Below, one piece after another: positions 30,301 through 39,313 of a stretch of 64,000 bases of DNA (the first letter of the stretch is position 1; each line of letters starts with the position of its first letter). The notes under the pieces were generated by a model. That model had not been told where the DNA came from. It did not search any database and worked only from the letters and a program-made list of their open reading frames with translations. The DNA comes from Candidatus Latescibacterota bacterium (GTDB lineage: Bacteria; Latescibacterota; UBA2968; GCA-2709665), in assembly GCA_965237675.1 (NCBI GenBank), contig OZ250150.1, positions 2,176,001-2,240,000 on the forward strand. The letters are read 5' to 3'. The position numbers and the translations under genes were made by a program.

Positions 30301-30709
30301 GGCCGACGAGAGCGAACTCTCGCAAATTGGTGGTCAGCACGAGGCTGTACCGGTTCAGATAGCGCACGACTTGGCCCCGAACCTGCGATGCGCCCATATT
30401 TTCGGCAGGGGTTTTAACTTCCACTACGCCCCGTTCCGGCGTTTGTCCCTGGCGTGGACGACCCTTCTGGACCTGCTTCGCCTCGTAAAGGCCAAAATCG
30501 GGATGTCCCGCTCCCTGGTCTGCCAACTCGCCGACGCAGAACACCTTCGGCTTTAGCGTCTCCCCGACGGCGTTCAGCAGATTGGCCAAAGGCCCGTAGC
30601 TCGAGCGCTCGCCGGTTCCGCCACCCGTGGCGTGTATTCGTCGAAGGTCAGTGAAATAGCTCTCAACTGCAGTCGTCAATCGGGTCGCTGGGTTGGTCGT
30701 GATACGCAT
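27350..30709 (-). CDS. Single-chain type IIG/ISP-like restriction-modification enzyme (nuclease + N6-adenine MTase + LlaBIII-like TRD, no helicase)
   Basis: PD...EVK nuclease, YEPFL..FDP...GVWYTP, DPCCGTG, GNPPY, YRPFD and IWNYKLGGYQVLKKWLSYR. Confidence 0.9.
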   Translation of the reverse strand: MRITTNPATRLTTAVESYFTDLRRIHATGGGTGERSSYGPLANLLNAVGETLKPKVFCVGELADQGAGHPDFGLYEAKQVQKGRPRQGQTPERGVVEVKTPAENMGASQVRGQVVRYLNRYSLVLTTNLREFALVGPDATGGETLLERYRLAGTEEEFWRKLETPRAFAGEIGAGLGEYLIRALSHRTAIVEPKDLAWLLASYARDGLARVDAAGDTPSLDAVRSALEESLGVHFEDERGERFFHSTLVQTLFYGIFSAWVLWARQKPATGIGFNWHEAVWHLRTPVMQALFQQISQPGRLQPLGLVEVLDWTSAALDRVDRDAFFARFQEGEAVTYFYEPFLEAFDPDLRKELGVWYTPSEVVRYMVARVDKALKDDLGIADGLAAENVYVLDPCCGTGAYLAEVLRRIAANLEGRGLGALTGAEVKKAAMDRVFGFEIMPAPFVVAHLQIDLALRDLGVALSDDGTERAGIYLTNALTDWEGTGEGSQTVAFPELQEERDRAGQVKQETPILVILGNPPYNGFAGMAIDEESELVKAYRSTRRVRRPEGQGLNDLYVRFFRMAERKIASTGQGVVCFISNYSWLDGLSFTGMRERYLETFDTVRIDCLNGDKYKTGKVAPDGLPDPSIFSTDSDPVGIQVGTAITTLVRKSDHAPAESVGFRHLWGKEKPVDLIETAEAEPNTIYDDIKPVLPLGLPFFPVAVSKEWFDCPALPDLFPVSFPGTKTSRDPFLVDTDPLRLRARVNEYFDAAISHDDIARRYPGVMKTTARFDAREVRVALLERGGPSESGFVRFAYRPFDNRWLYWEAETKLLDEKRSNYRPHVFDGNLWLSSSQHLRKGAQEPQSCFTENIASLHLIERGANMFPAYLRYDDKETKTKQPAWNLTIEAANYLRYLNRDVEDLFYHVISTLHDPAYLLANAGALKMEWPRIPLPGWPEGQAEGAAQDLAGSAARGRELARLLDPCARVPGVTEGTLRPEIEAISVPATVDNRNMTGDDFELTANWGHYGSGEAVMPGQGRVEQRKYTANEVQALGAAQSVLGDSTFDIYLNDKAFWRNVPAAIWNYKLGGYQVLKKWLSYREGKILERPLKPDEVAYFAEVSRRIAGILMLTGRGGE

Positions 30710-30835
30710 CTTTCAAGGCTCCGGGTGTCTGCGACACTTGAACTTTGCCCCTAATTCCTATATGTTTCGGATATGGCCGGCATGAAACCTGTCACCTGCC
30801 GGCGAAAGTTTCCCTTGCCGACGCAGACCGCCGAC

Positions 30836-31264
30836 ATGCAAATGAAACCCTGCCAGATCCTGAACCAGCGAATCGCGAGCCTGCTCGAACCTCGCCCGGA
30901 GGTTCTTGAGGCTTATCTATTCGGCTCTCGCGCGCACGGCCGGGCACAGTCCCACAGCGACATCGACGTCGCCGTTTACATCGATGAAACTGTCGTTGAA
31001 AAGAGCGCATTCGGGTATCGGGCACAACTCATCACGGAGATCATGGCCGGCCTACACAGCAACGACATCGATCTCCTGATTCTCAACCAGGCCCCTCCAG
31101 CTCTGTACTACCATGTGCTGCGCGACGGCATACGTGTCTTGTCCCGTGATTTGGCGGCGACAACGACGCGGGAAGGCCGTGCGGTTTCCCGATACTGCGA
31201 CTTTGTTCCCCAGCTTGCAAAAATGGATGCGGTGTGGCGTTTTCGCTTCGGTGGTGAACAGTGA
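30836..31264 (+). CDS. mntA: Type VII TA antitoxin, MntA adenylyltransferase
   Basis: YLFGSRAHG....SDIDVAV (GSx10DxD) and IDLLILN.APP. Confidence 0.88.
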   Translation: MQMKPCQILNQRIASLLEPRPEVLEAYLFGSRAHGRAQSHSDIDVAVYIDETVVEKSAFGYRAQLITEIMAGLHSNDIDLLILNQAPPALYYHVLRDGIRVLSRDLAATTTREGRAVSRYCDFVPQLAKMDAVWRFRFGGEQ

Positions 31265-31698
31265 CTCCCGGACGACCGAATCCCTCTGTCGTGCGGCGGC
31301 ACCTCACCGCATTGAGTTTCGCGGTTGGCAACTTGCGTCGGCATTCGGATACGACGGCCGCTCAGCTCCGCGACAATTCCGATCTTCGCTGGTTAGTCGA
31401 ACGCGGCCTTCATCTCTGTGCCCAGAACGCGCTCGACGTAGCAACCCATCTGGCATTATCCGCCGGCCTTGATGCGCCGGATTACGCAACCGCCATTGAC
31501 CGACTTGCAGAGATGAACGTGTTACCCGATGATTTCGCAGCGCACTTTCGGGCTGTGGCGGGTTTCCGCAACGTGCTCGTCCACGGCTACCTTGACGTCG
31601 ACCTCGATCTGATCGGGCAACTCCTCGTCCGGCAACTAGATGACTTCGAGACGTTTGCTCGCCACGTCGAACAATGGCTTGCCAGACTTGGCGAGTGA
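31261..31698 (+). CDS. hepT: Type VII TA toxin HepT (DUF86 HEPN RNase)
   Basis: VERGLH and GFRNVLVHGY (RX4HXY). GTGA overlap with mntA. Confidence 0.9.
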   Translation: MTPGRPNPSVVRRHLTALSFAVGNLRRHSDTTAAQLRDNSDLRWLVERGLHLCAQNALDVATHLALSAGLDAPDYATAIDRLAEMNVLPDDFAAHFRAVAGFRNVLVHGYLDVDLDLIGQLLVRQLDDFETFARHVEQWLARLGE

Positions 31699-31779
31699 GG
31701 AACAGCGCATTGAGATGTGTCGGCCGGAGCAGTGCTTTGACTGTCAACCAGGCGGATCTTCGATTGTCAATCCGGTCGG

Positions 31780-31879
31780 TCTCAGCTCTCAGAGGCAGCG
31801 CGCCTTGCAATAAAAGTCGAGTGTTCAGCCACTTCTTGAGATACTCTGTTTGATCTTCCGCCAGGTGTCGAACCCTCAT
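31780..31879 (-). pseudogene. Decayed 5' remnant of a DUF4276-like partner of the AAA ATPase
   Basis: An ATG overlapping the ATPase stop gives MRVRHLAEDQTE, resembling the Mxrv.vlvEGqTE N-terminus. Confidence 0.4.
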
Positions 31880-32976
31880 TCCGGCCCTTCGCCGACGGCG
31901 TTCTTTTCCCAGATTTCCCCCAGCGCGTAGTCCTCCACCCATGAGTCGAGCGCTTCGGCATGGGGCCTCTCGAACTCCGTGGCTTCTTTATTTCGTTCCA
32001 CGACCACGATATCGCCCGGCTCGAAGCTGTCGACGAATACGCTGGACTGCGTGCTGACGAGCACCTGCGTATGCCGGCTTACGGAACGAAACAACGAGGC
32101 AATCACATCCACCGCACAGGGGTCCAGTCCGAGTTCCGGTTCATCCACCACAATCAGAGACGGCAGTTTCACAGGAGGCTGTAACAGAAGTGAAATCAGA
32201 CAGATAGCTCGCAAAGTGCCGTCCGAAAGCTGATGAGGACCGAAAACGAGATCGGACTCGCGATGCCGCCAATTCAGAATGACGTCCCTTGACTCGGCGG
32301 GCTCCAGATCGAAGTCATCGAAGAACGGCGCCACCTGCCGGATGGTGGTCACAATACGCCGGTAGACGGTTTCACTATTGGACTTGAGCGCGAAAAGTAT
32401 TGCCGCGAGGTTGCCCGCGTCGGGCTTGAGCCAGCGGTTGTCTCCAATGTAACCATATTGCCGGACTCTCGAAGTCGGCGATGTATCATGAAAGTGATAG
32501 ACGCGACAACGATTCAGCAAAACCCTCAGTGTTTTTGCCGTGGGCTCTCCTTTTTCTGCCACTTCTCCAATCTTCGTTTCCAGATGGCCAACTCCCAGCT
32601 GTACCGTTTTCGGGCTGGGATAGCCTTGCTGGTGGAACGCAAGTGTTTCTTCAGCAAAAATCAGAGAGTCGCCGGCTGCGTGGAAGAGTCTCATATTGTA
32701 GGTGTCCGTTCCGTTCTCTACCTCAAAGACCATTCTCGCTTCCAGTTGAGGCGTCACTCTGGGGCCGAAGTGCAGGTTCCCCGTGGCCCGACCGGTCGAC
32801 CCGATGTGTTGCTGGAGGCGTCCACCCATCAATTCATTCACCAACTTGAAGAAGGCGATGAGATTGCTCTTGCCGGCTCCGTTGGCGCCGATGAGGACGT
32901 TGAGCGGTCTGAGTTCCAATTTCATCTCTTTGATGGACCGAAAACCCTTGATCTCGACGTTTTTCAGCGTTGTCAT
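31876..32976 (-). CDS. AAA_21/AbiEii-like ABC-type ATPase
   Basis: GFRSI, GANGAGKS Walker A, LSDGT signature and VVDEPELGL Walker B. Confidence 0.9.
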   Translation of the reverse strand: MTTLKNVEIKGFRSIKEMKLELRPLNVLIGANGAGKSNLIAFFKLVNELMGGRLQQHIGSTGRATGNLHFGPRVTPQLEARMVFEVENGTDTYNMRLFHAAGDSLIFAEETLAFHQQGYPSPKTVQLGVGHLETKIGEVAEKGEPTAKTLRVLLNRCRVYHFHDTSPTSRVRQYGYIGDNRWLKPDAGNLAAILFALKSNSETVYRRIVTTIRQVAPFFDDFDLEPAESRDVILNWRHRESDLVFGPHQLSDGTLRAICLISLLLQPPVKLPSLIVVDEPELGLDPCAVDVIASLFRSVSRHTQVLVSTQSSVFVDSFEPGDIVVVERNKEATEFERPHAEALDSWVEDYALGEIWEKNAVGEGPE

Positions 32977-33093
32977 GGTGTTTCCCCCAAGCTTGGCACA
33001 CTATACAACGTACGATTCAAATCCGCCAGCGACCTTTCGTTCTACGAGCCGATGCGTTCCTCCACTGGTTTGTACCGTTGACGTCCCCTTTAG

Positions 33094-33253
33094 CAGCCCG
33101 TTGAAAAAGTCCATCCGGGCTGCGGCCGGCTCTTGTGGCCGAATTACTGCGTTGCGCTCCCTTCTCGAATCGCCCGATTCGAGAAGGGAGCGCGCCTTGT
33201 CTTCGGTCACAATGGCTCGGCCTCGCCTGCAGAGCAACTTTATCAACGGACTG
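33094..33253. mobile_element. MITE (IS5/IS1182-type ends)
   Basis: TIRs CAGCCCGTTGAAAAAGT / ACTTTATCAACGGACTG, TTAG on both sides and an internal hairpin. Confidence 0.75.
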
Positions 33254-33262
33254 TTAGCGCCC

Positions 33263-36200
33263 TCAAAACACGTACCGCATGCCGATCTGGACTTCGCGCG
33301 GGTCGCCGAGGCCGGACTGGACGGTGCCGTCGAAGTTGAACAGCAGGCCCGCGGTGGAGGGGTCCCGGTAGTTGTCCGTGTTGAGCAGGTTGAAGATCTC
33401 GACAATGGCCTCCAGCGTGCCGTTGCCCATCGGAATGGGGCGTGTGAGGCGCACGTCCCACGAGAAGAACCCGTGATCCTTGCGCAGGGTGTTGCGCTGA
33501 ACGATGCCGCCGTCGGCGCATATGCGGTCGGACGTGGGCCCCCACGGGTTGGTCGTGGGCCGGGTGGACGCCCGGTTGTTGCCGCCGCAGGCGGCGGAGA
33601 TCGGCTGCGGCGAATAGAAGCTCACTCGATTGTTCATTAAGACGTCGCCGGGCAGTGCGGCCAGCGCCCATGCGTTGAAGCGGTGGCGCTGGTCGCGGTC
33701 CGAAAAGCCCCATTCCCGATCCAGCCGTGTCGGATCGACGTAGCGGAAGGTGAAGGGGTCGCGCTCGTTGTCGTCATCGGACCTGTCCCAGGACATCGTG
33801 TAGTTGATCTGGAACTGCAGGTCGTCGTGCACGACTCGCCGAAGCCCAAGACTGAGGCCGTGGTAGCGGGATCTCGCCGTGCTTTCGGTGACGATCAGGT
33901 TGCCGATGCCGTTGTCGCCGTCCGGACCCAGGCCGGTTGACCAGGGAGAACCGAACACGGCGTCATTTCGGTTGACGAAGCGCGTGAGGTTGTCGGTCCG
34001 TGCGTAGGTATAGTCGAAGGAACCCACCAGTCCCGACGCGTGTAGCTCGTGCTCGATACCCGCGTTGGCGCTGACGGTTCGAGGGTTTACAAAGTTCTCA
34101 TCGAAGACGTGGATGTTCGGACGGAAGGGATCGCCTTTGGGCGAGGGCAGCAACTCGCCGTACGTCGGGGGTGGGCCCAAAACCGGAGTCAACTCGCTGG
34201 ACCGGAAGAGGGATTGCCCGCGCGAGCCGTTTGTCGAGCGGTTGCTGGCCAGGTTCAACCCGGGTATGCGGGCGTAGTAGATCCCGGCGCTTGCGCGGAA
34301 GAGGGTCTTGCTGTCACCGTGCGCGTCGTAGGCCAGGCCTATCCGCGGCTGGAGCATGTCCAGGTCGGAGGGAATTCTGCCGTTGGATGGGAACCGGTGG
34401 GCGCCCGCGTCGTTGGTCACGGTTTTACCGATGAAATCGCCGAAGAAGACCTTGGAAGGATCGGTGATGGGTTCGGGCTGAATCTGCGCCTCCCAGCGCA
34501 AGCCGTAGTTGATCGTCAGTCGGTTGGAGGCCTGCCAACTGTCCTGCGCGAACAGGGCCAATTCGTGCTGCGGGATGTTCTGGGTGCCCGCTTGTTCCAC
34601 GGACAGCCCGCCCACGCCGGCCTGCTCCATATAGAACAGGACCGGCCCGGTGATTTCCGTGCCCTGGGCGCATGCTCCGGTGGTGCTGGTGCTGCCGTCG
34701 GAGCATTCGACATATTGGTTGCCCTTTTCAACGAAATTGAGAAATCCGTCCACCGAATCGAAGATGTACCGCCCGTTGGCAAAACCGATGAAGGTTTGTA
34801 CGGATTCGACCCGGTTCCACTCGACGCCGGCCTTGAACAGGTGGCCGCCCCTGGCCAGGGAGATATTGTTGAGCAGCTGAACGCGGGTGTCGTAGTATTC
34901 CACCGGTATGAAGAAGGGCATGCCGAAGCGATAGCCGTGCCTGTAGTCCATGCCGGTGTCCGGGAAGGGGCGACCGGTATCGGGGTTGACCGGACCCTCG
35001 TAGGGGCGCGGCCGGTCCTCGCGGGAGACCTGGAAGCGGAATTCATTGATGGTGTTGGGGGATAGAAGCGATACCAGGCTGCCGTTGAAAGCGTGCGACC
35101 AGTCTCTTTCAAATGCATTGGCGCTGCGCGCCCAGGAGTCCACGTCGAAGGTGCCGTTTTCCTGTTCCGACCACGTGTAGTTGTATTTGAAGGTGGCGGA
35201 GTGGTCCCTCGACATGCGGAGATCCACCTTGGCCAGAAACGCACGGGCGTCGTTGGTGCGGTCGATGGGGCCGTAGTCTCCCCTCAACGCCCCGTTGAAC
35301 CCTGTATCCATAAAGCTCCGCAAACGGGCGTCCATCCGCTCGATGTCGTTCTGCCGGGTGTCTCTGAATACCTGCTGGTCGTACGCCGCGAAGAAGAACG
35401 CTTTGTCACGGATCAGCGGGCCACCCAGCGTGAAGCCGAACTGCCCCTGTCTGAAGCTGGGCCTGCGCTCGGTGCCGTTGTGCCTCGCGATTTCGGACAA
35501 CGCGTCGTGCTTGCCGAAAAAATGCGCCGATCCGCTCAGTCTGTTGGTGCCCGACTTGGTGATGACGTTGACGAAGCCGCCGCTGGAGCGCCCGAATTCA
35601 GCGTTGGCTCCCTGGGGAACCACGACGATTTCCGCAACGGCGTCCAGATTGAAGGTGAAGGCCGGGCGCTGACCCCCGCGCTGCTCGCCGAAGAACGGGT
35701 TGTTGAAATCCGCGCCGTCTACCGAGATATTGTTGTGGATGCCGCGCTGTCCCGCAATGGTCAATTCGTCTCCGTCCGGCCCCTGAACGATGCTCACGCC
35801 GGGGGTCAAGAGCGTGAGGTTGAGAAAATTGCGCCCGTTGTTGGGGAGGTCCTGTACCGCCTCCTCAGGCAGACGCGTGGCCGTCTCGGTCCGGGTGACG
35901 TCGACGGCGGGCCTTCTGGCCACAACGACGAACTCCTCCATTTCAATAATCATCTTGATGAGCAGTTCAACTGTCTCGCCAACCCGAACCTGCACCCCTG
36001 TCTGACGGGCGTCGGCCCATCCCTCCGCCCGTACCGTCACGTCGTAGAAACCCAGAGGCAACAGGGTCGCGGTGAACAGACCCAGTTCGGACGACGCGAG
36101 GATTCTCCGGTAATTGGTACCGGCCTCCCTGAGAATGACGGTGGCGCCTCCAATGGGATTGTTGAACTGGTCGCACACGAAGCCCCGGATCACACCCGTG

Positions 36201-36301
36201 GTCGCCTGGGATTGCGCACCGGCGGAGCGGTGCATCAGGGCGATCAAGAGCAGGAGGAGGGACAGCGCTCGTATCGGGGATTGGAGATGGCGGCAAATCA
36301 T
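33263..36301 (-). CDS. Oar-like TonB-dependent receptor with a carboxypeptidase-regulatory N-domain
   Basis: Signal peptide, LPNNGRNF, AEFGRSSGGFVNVITKSGTN, QPRIGLAYD and C-terminal PREVQIGMRYVF. Confidence 0.9.
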   Translation of the reverse strand: MICRHLQSPIRALSLLLLLIALMHRSAGAQSQATTGVIRGFVCDQFNNPIGGATVILREAGTNYRRILASSELGLFTATLLPLGFYDVTVRAEGWADARQTGVQVRVGETVELLIKMIIEMEEFVVVARRPAVDVTRTETATRLPEEAVQDLPNNGRNFLNLTLLTPGVSIVQGPDGDELTIAGQRGIHNNISVDGADFNNPFFGEQRGGQRPAFTFNLDAVAEIVVVPQGANAEFGRSSGGFVNVITKSGTNRLSGSAHFFGKHDALSEIARHNGTERRPSFRQGQFGFTLGGPLIRDKAFFFAAYDQQVFRDTRQNDIERMDARLRSFMDTGFNGALRGDYGPIDRTNDARAFLAKVDLRMSRDHSATFKYNYTWSEQENGTFDVDSWARSANAFERDWSHAFNGSLVSLLSPNTINEFRFQVSREDRPRPYEGPVNPDTGRPFPDTGMDYRHGYRFGMPFFIPVEYYDTRVQLLNNISLARGGHLFKAGVEWNRVESVQTFIGFANGRYIFDSVDGFLNFVEKGNQYVECSDGSTSTTGACAQGTEITGPVLFYMEQAGVGGLSVEQAGTQNIPQHELALFAQDSWQASNRLTINYGLRWEAQIQPEPITDPSKVFFGDFIGKTVTNDAGAHRFPSNGRIPSDLDMLQPRIGLAYDAHGDSKTLFRASAGIYYARIPGLNLASNRSTNGSRGQSLFRSSELTPVLGPPPTYGELLPSPKGDPFRPNIHVFDENFVNPRTVSANAGIEHELHASGLVGSFDYTYARTDNLTRFVNRNDAVFGSPWSTGLGPDGDNGIGNLIVTESTARSRYHGLSLGLRRVVHDDLQFQINYTMSWDRSDDDNERDPFTFRYVDPTRLDREWGFSDRDQRHRFNAWALAALPGDVLMNNRVSFYSPQPISAACGGNNRASTRPTTNPWGPTSDRICADGGIVQRNTLRKDHGFFSWDVRLTRPIPMGNGTLEAIVEIFNLLNTDNYRDPSTAGLLFNFDGTVQSGLGDPREVQIGMRYVF

Positions 36302-36525
36302 GGCGTATACAAGGCTGGCAGGTGTGGCGGGTGGAACCTGGGCTGGAGAATCACTTCTTTTTTGGAAAACCATGCGTTGAGGGCACTGAACTGAAACCCT
36401 CCCGTTTACGAACGTGAACTGACACGCCGGGCGGGATCCCACGCGCGGGTCGTCGGCATCGCGAAAACCGGAATGGAACCCTCCGGGAGGGCGTCGTTCG
36501 GCCCTGATTGCGCGTCCCGTCAGCT

Positions 36526-36550
36526 AATAAAAAAAGCGACGTATCGTCGC
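36526..36550 (-). terminator. Intrinsic terminator after the ferredoxin gene
   Basis: Minus-strand GCGACG-ATA-CGTCGC followed by T7. Confidence 0.7.
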
Positions 36551-36589
36551 CCTGGATTACACCGCACCGCCTAGTGTCCCGTCCCGCGC

Positions 36590-37102
36590 CTATGCTGCCG
36601 AGCCCGGACGGCGCAACTCGACGCGACCGCGTTCGAGCAGGGTGACCACCCTGGCCTCCGAACACTGCTTCTGCTCGGCGATCGCCGCGATTGTCTTGCC
36701 CTCGTCCCGGTAGAGGCGTACCACCTCCGCATGGTCGATGCCCGGTACGTACCTTTTGTTACCCTTCAACCCTGCGTGTTTGGTGACCTGTATATCTCCG
36801 GTAACCCCCACCTGGCAGGCGAAGCGCAGATTCCCCTTCAGCAGCAGAAAGCGCAAGTTCTCCCTGGCGCCCTTCCCGGTGAGGCCGTCCTGCGGGACAA
36901 CTTCGACCGTGCAGGTTCCGCACAACCCGTTGCCTTCGCAATTCGCAAACCGGGATATCCCGTTATAGAGACCGATATCGTTTTCAATGGCCAGTTGCCG
37001 AAGGTTGGTATGCGGTTTACACTCGACCGTTTTGTCCCAGTTCGTAAACGTAACTTTGCAGACCTTCTTACGCTCCGGCAGGCTGCCAATAAACGTGGAC
37101 AT
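36590..37102 (-). CDS. [2Fe-2S] ferredoxin with a C-terminal helix-turn-helix extension
   Basis: CEGNGLCGTC...RFACQ, then VVRLYRDEGKTIAAIAEQKQCSEARVVTLL. Confidence 0.8.
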   Translation of the reverse strand: MSTFIGSLPERKKVCKVTFTNWDKTVECKPHTNLRQLAIENDIGLYNGISRFANCEGNGLCGTCTVEVVPQDGLTGKGARENLRFLLLKGNLRFACQVGVTGDIQVTKHAGLKGNKRYVPGIDHAEVVRLYRDEGKTIAAIAEQKQCSEARVVTLLERGRVELRRPGSAA

Positions 37103-37116
37103 GGAAACCTCGAAAA

Positions 37117-37175
37117 TCAGCCGTCAGCGATCAGCCGTCAGGTTACAGAAAACAGCGGTCAGCAAAAACAGCTAG
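37117..37175. repeat. Heptamer (TCAGCxx) tandem repeat, family E
   Basis: TCAGCCG-TCAGCGA-TCAGCCG-TCAG. Also at 45062-45092 and inverted at 44680-44716. Confidence 0.6.
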
Positions 37176-37483
37176 AAGCGAGACGTCAAAGCCGAGAAGC
37201 AAAATACGAAAACCAGCCAGTAAAACGTGAGACATCGCAAAGCTAGGGTCGGGCGGCCCTCTTGCGTCTTACTTCTCGCATCTCGCCTGAATAAAGTATT
37301 GTATTTCGTTTTGGAACACAAGCGGAAAACGGCCCCGGGAGCAATCCCGCCGAAATTCGTTTGATATGTGCGCGCCCCGGATAATTTTGGTATATTATGG
37401 TACCTCGGAAGGGCGACCCCTTCCGGGAAAGCCGCAGCTGAAAATAGCGGAAGATGCGCAATTCCTTTGACGAAAGTGCAACC

Positions 37484-38368
37484 ATGTCGAATCCATCCGC
37501 CGACTCGGCCGTACGGCGGGCCGTCACCTCTCACTCCAGGCTTTTCGAAAACAACCGGTACGTCTATCCGGTGCTCTCGAGGAGGTCTGGAGGTATCTCC
37601 GTCGGTATCAATCTGAACCCCGACAAAATCTGCAATTTCGACTGTATCTACTGCCAGGTCGACCGCACCGTGCCGCCCGTCCTGCGCGACGTGGACGAGG
37701 ACCGGCTGATTGAAGAGCTCAACTTTCTTCTTGGCGAGATTGTTTCCGGCCGCCTTTTTCAGCACCCCGCCTTTCGTGACATCCCCGACCGGCTCAAGCG
37801 GATCAACGACATCGCTTTTTCCGGCGACGGGGAGCCCACAACCTATCCCCGGTTCAGGCAAATCGTCGAAAAAACCGCGGCTGTCAAGCGCGCGTTCGAC
37901 CTGCCCGAGGTCAAAATCACCGCCATCACCAACTGCACTCGCTTCCACGTCCCGGCGGTTCTGGATGCTTTTGACGTCATGCACAGGAACAACGGTGAAA
38001 TCTGGGCGAAACTGGAAGCCGGTACCGCCGAGTATTACCACCTGGTGGAACGCACCCGCATCTCCTTCGAACGGATCATCGACAATCTGAAACTGGCAGC
38101 GCGCAGATGGCCGATGGTCATCCAGAGCCTGTTCATGCGCGTTCACGGCCAGCCGCCGCCCGACGAAGAAATCGTCGCCTTCTGCAGTATCCTAGCCGAC
38201 GTCCTGGAACAGGGCGGGAGCCTTAAAAACATCCAGATCTACACGGTCGCCCGCAAACCCGCGGAATCTTACGTGACCGCCCTGAGCGATGCCGAAGTCG
38301 ACCGCATCGCCCGAACCACGCGCGAAATCCTGCCCGGCATCCCCGTTGAATCCTACTACGGCGCCTGA
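37484..38368 (+). CDS. Radical SAM protein (TYW1-like/uncharacterised)
   Basis: YVYPVLSRRSGG.S.GINL, CNFDCIYC (CX3CX2C) and FSGDGEPT. Confidence 0.88.
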   Translation: MSNPSADSAVRRAVTSHSRLFENNRYVYPVLSRRSGGISVGINLNPDKICNFDCIYCQVDRTVPPVLRDVDEDRLIEELNFLLGEIVSGRLFQHPAFRDIPDRLKRINDIAFSGDGEPTTYPRFRQIVEKTAAVKRAFDLPEVKITAITNCTRFHVPAVLDAFDVMHRNNGEIWAKLEAGTAEYYHLVERTRISFERIIDNLKLAARRWPMVIQSLFMRVHGQPPPDEEIVAFCSILADVLEQGGSLKNIQIYTVARKPAESYVTALSDAEVDRIARTTREILPGIPVESYYGA

Positions 38369-38430
38369 ACCACATCGATTTACATGGATGAACAGGATGA
38401 ACAGGGTTGAAGCGGCGTGGATTCAATCCT
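38284..38430 (+). repeat. 147-bp direct repeat, copy 1 (radical SAM 3' end + half REP-A)
   Basis: Near-identical to 39131-39277. Confidence 0.92.
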
Positions 38431-38657
38431 GCTTCGGGAAGTGGACGCAAGTACAGGCCCTTTGTCTCGGATGGTTGATGCGCTCAAGCGATCCCTCGAA
38501 CAATAGCTTGAAAGGGTGGAGCAGACATTATTGTCTGCTCAAATTCATCAAACCGAAACCTCGGTATCCTGCGTCCGGGCATGCCACGACTCGCCGCCGT
38601 CCCCCCGGCTGGGAAAAAGACGGCGCAAGCCGTTCTTCTGTCTGCATTCCGGCAGAA

Positions 38658-38700
38658 GGACCTCTCCCCCCGGCCCCCTCTCCTGCGAGGAGAGGGGGAG
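38658..38700. repeat. REP-like family C (CCTCTCCCCCCGGCCCCCTCTCCT..AGGAGAGGGGGAG)
   Basis: Copies at 44602-44642 (inverted), 58257-58299 and 58433-58463. Confidence 0.75.
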
Positions 38701-38858
38701 TCAAACGAAGCGTTGCGTAAACACGAGACGGGCAGACAGGAATGTCTGCCCCACCTTCACATACGCTTCCTCAACGGCTCGACAAGCTGTTGTGCACGTG
38801 TGGAGATGATTGATTCGCGAACAAAGCAGACTGATTGGCTGTATAATGGAGGGAAGAT

Positions 38859-39101
38859 ATGGAAACCCGTGTGCAGAAATGGGGCAATAGTTTAGCCCTG
38901 CGCATTCCCAAGCCACTCGCTGCTCAGATTGGACTTGAACCTGATTCACCGGTCGAATTATCGCTGCGCGGTAAGGTGTTGGTTATTGAACCTGTGAGCC
39001 CGTCCTACTTGAATTTGGACGATCTTTTAGCCCGGGTGACCGAACACAACTTACACGGTGAAGTGGATACTGGAACTCCGATCGGCGGTGAAGTGTGGTG
39101 A
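38859..39101 (+). CDS. mazE: AbrB/MazE antitoxin
   Basis: VQKWGNSLALRIP...LDDLLA.VT..NLHGEVD.G...GEVW. GGAGGG RBS and TGTATAAT upstream. Confidence 0.9.
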   Translation: METRVQKWGNSLALRIPKPLAAQIGLEPDSPVELSLRGKVLVIEPVSPSYLNLDDLLARVTEHNLHGEVDTGTPIGGEVW

Positions 39102-39132
39102 GGCCGAACGAGTACGTACCACAGCGCGGCGA
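39095..39132 (+). pseudogene. mazF: mazF 5' stub (12 codons)
   Basis: GTG-initiated VRPNEYVPQRG resembles the MazF N-terminus (YVP..GD) and is cut off at the direct repeat. Confidence 0.7.
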
Positions 39133-39277
39133 GCGACGCCGAAGTCGACCACATCGCCTGAACCACGCGTCAAAACCTGCCCGGCATCCCCGTTGAATCC
39201 TACTACGGCGCCTGAACCACATCAATTTACATGGATGAACAGGATGAACAGGATTGAAGCGGCGTGGATTCAATCCT
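39131..39277 (+). repeat. 147-bp direct repeat, copy 2
   Basis: Matches 38284-38430 and carries an in-frame TGA where copy 1 has CGA. Confidence 0.92.
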
Positions 39278-39313
39278 CAGTGTTGCAAACAAAAGTCACT
39301 CCAAGGCGGAATT

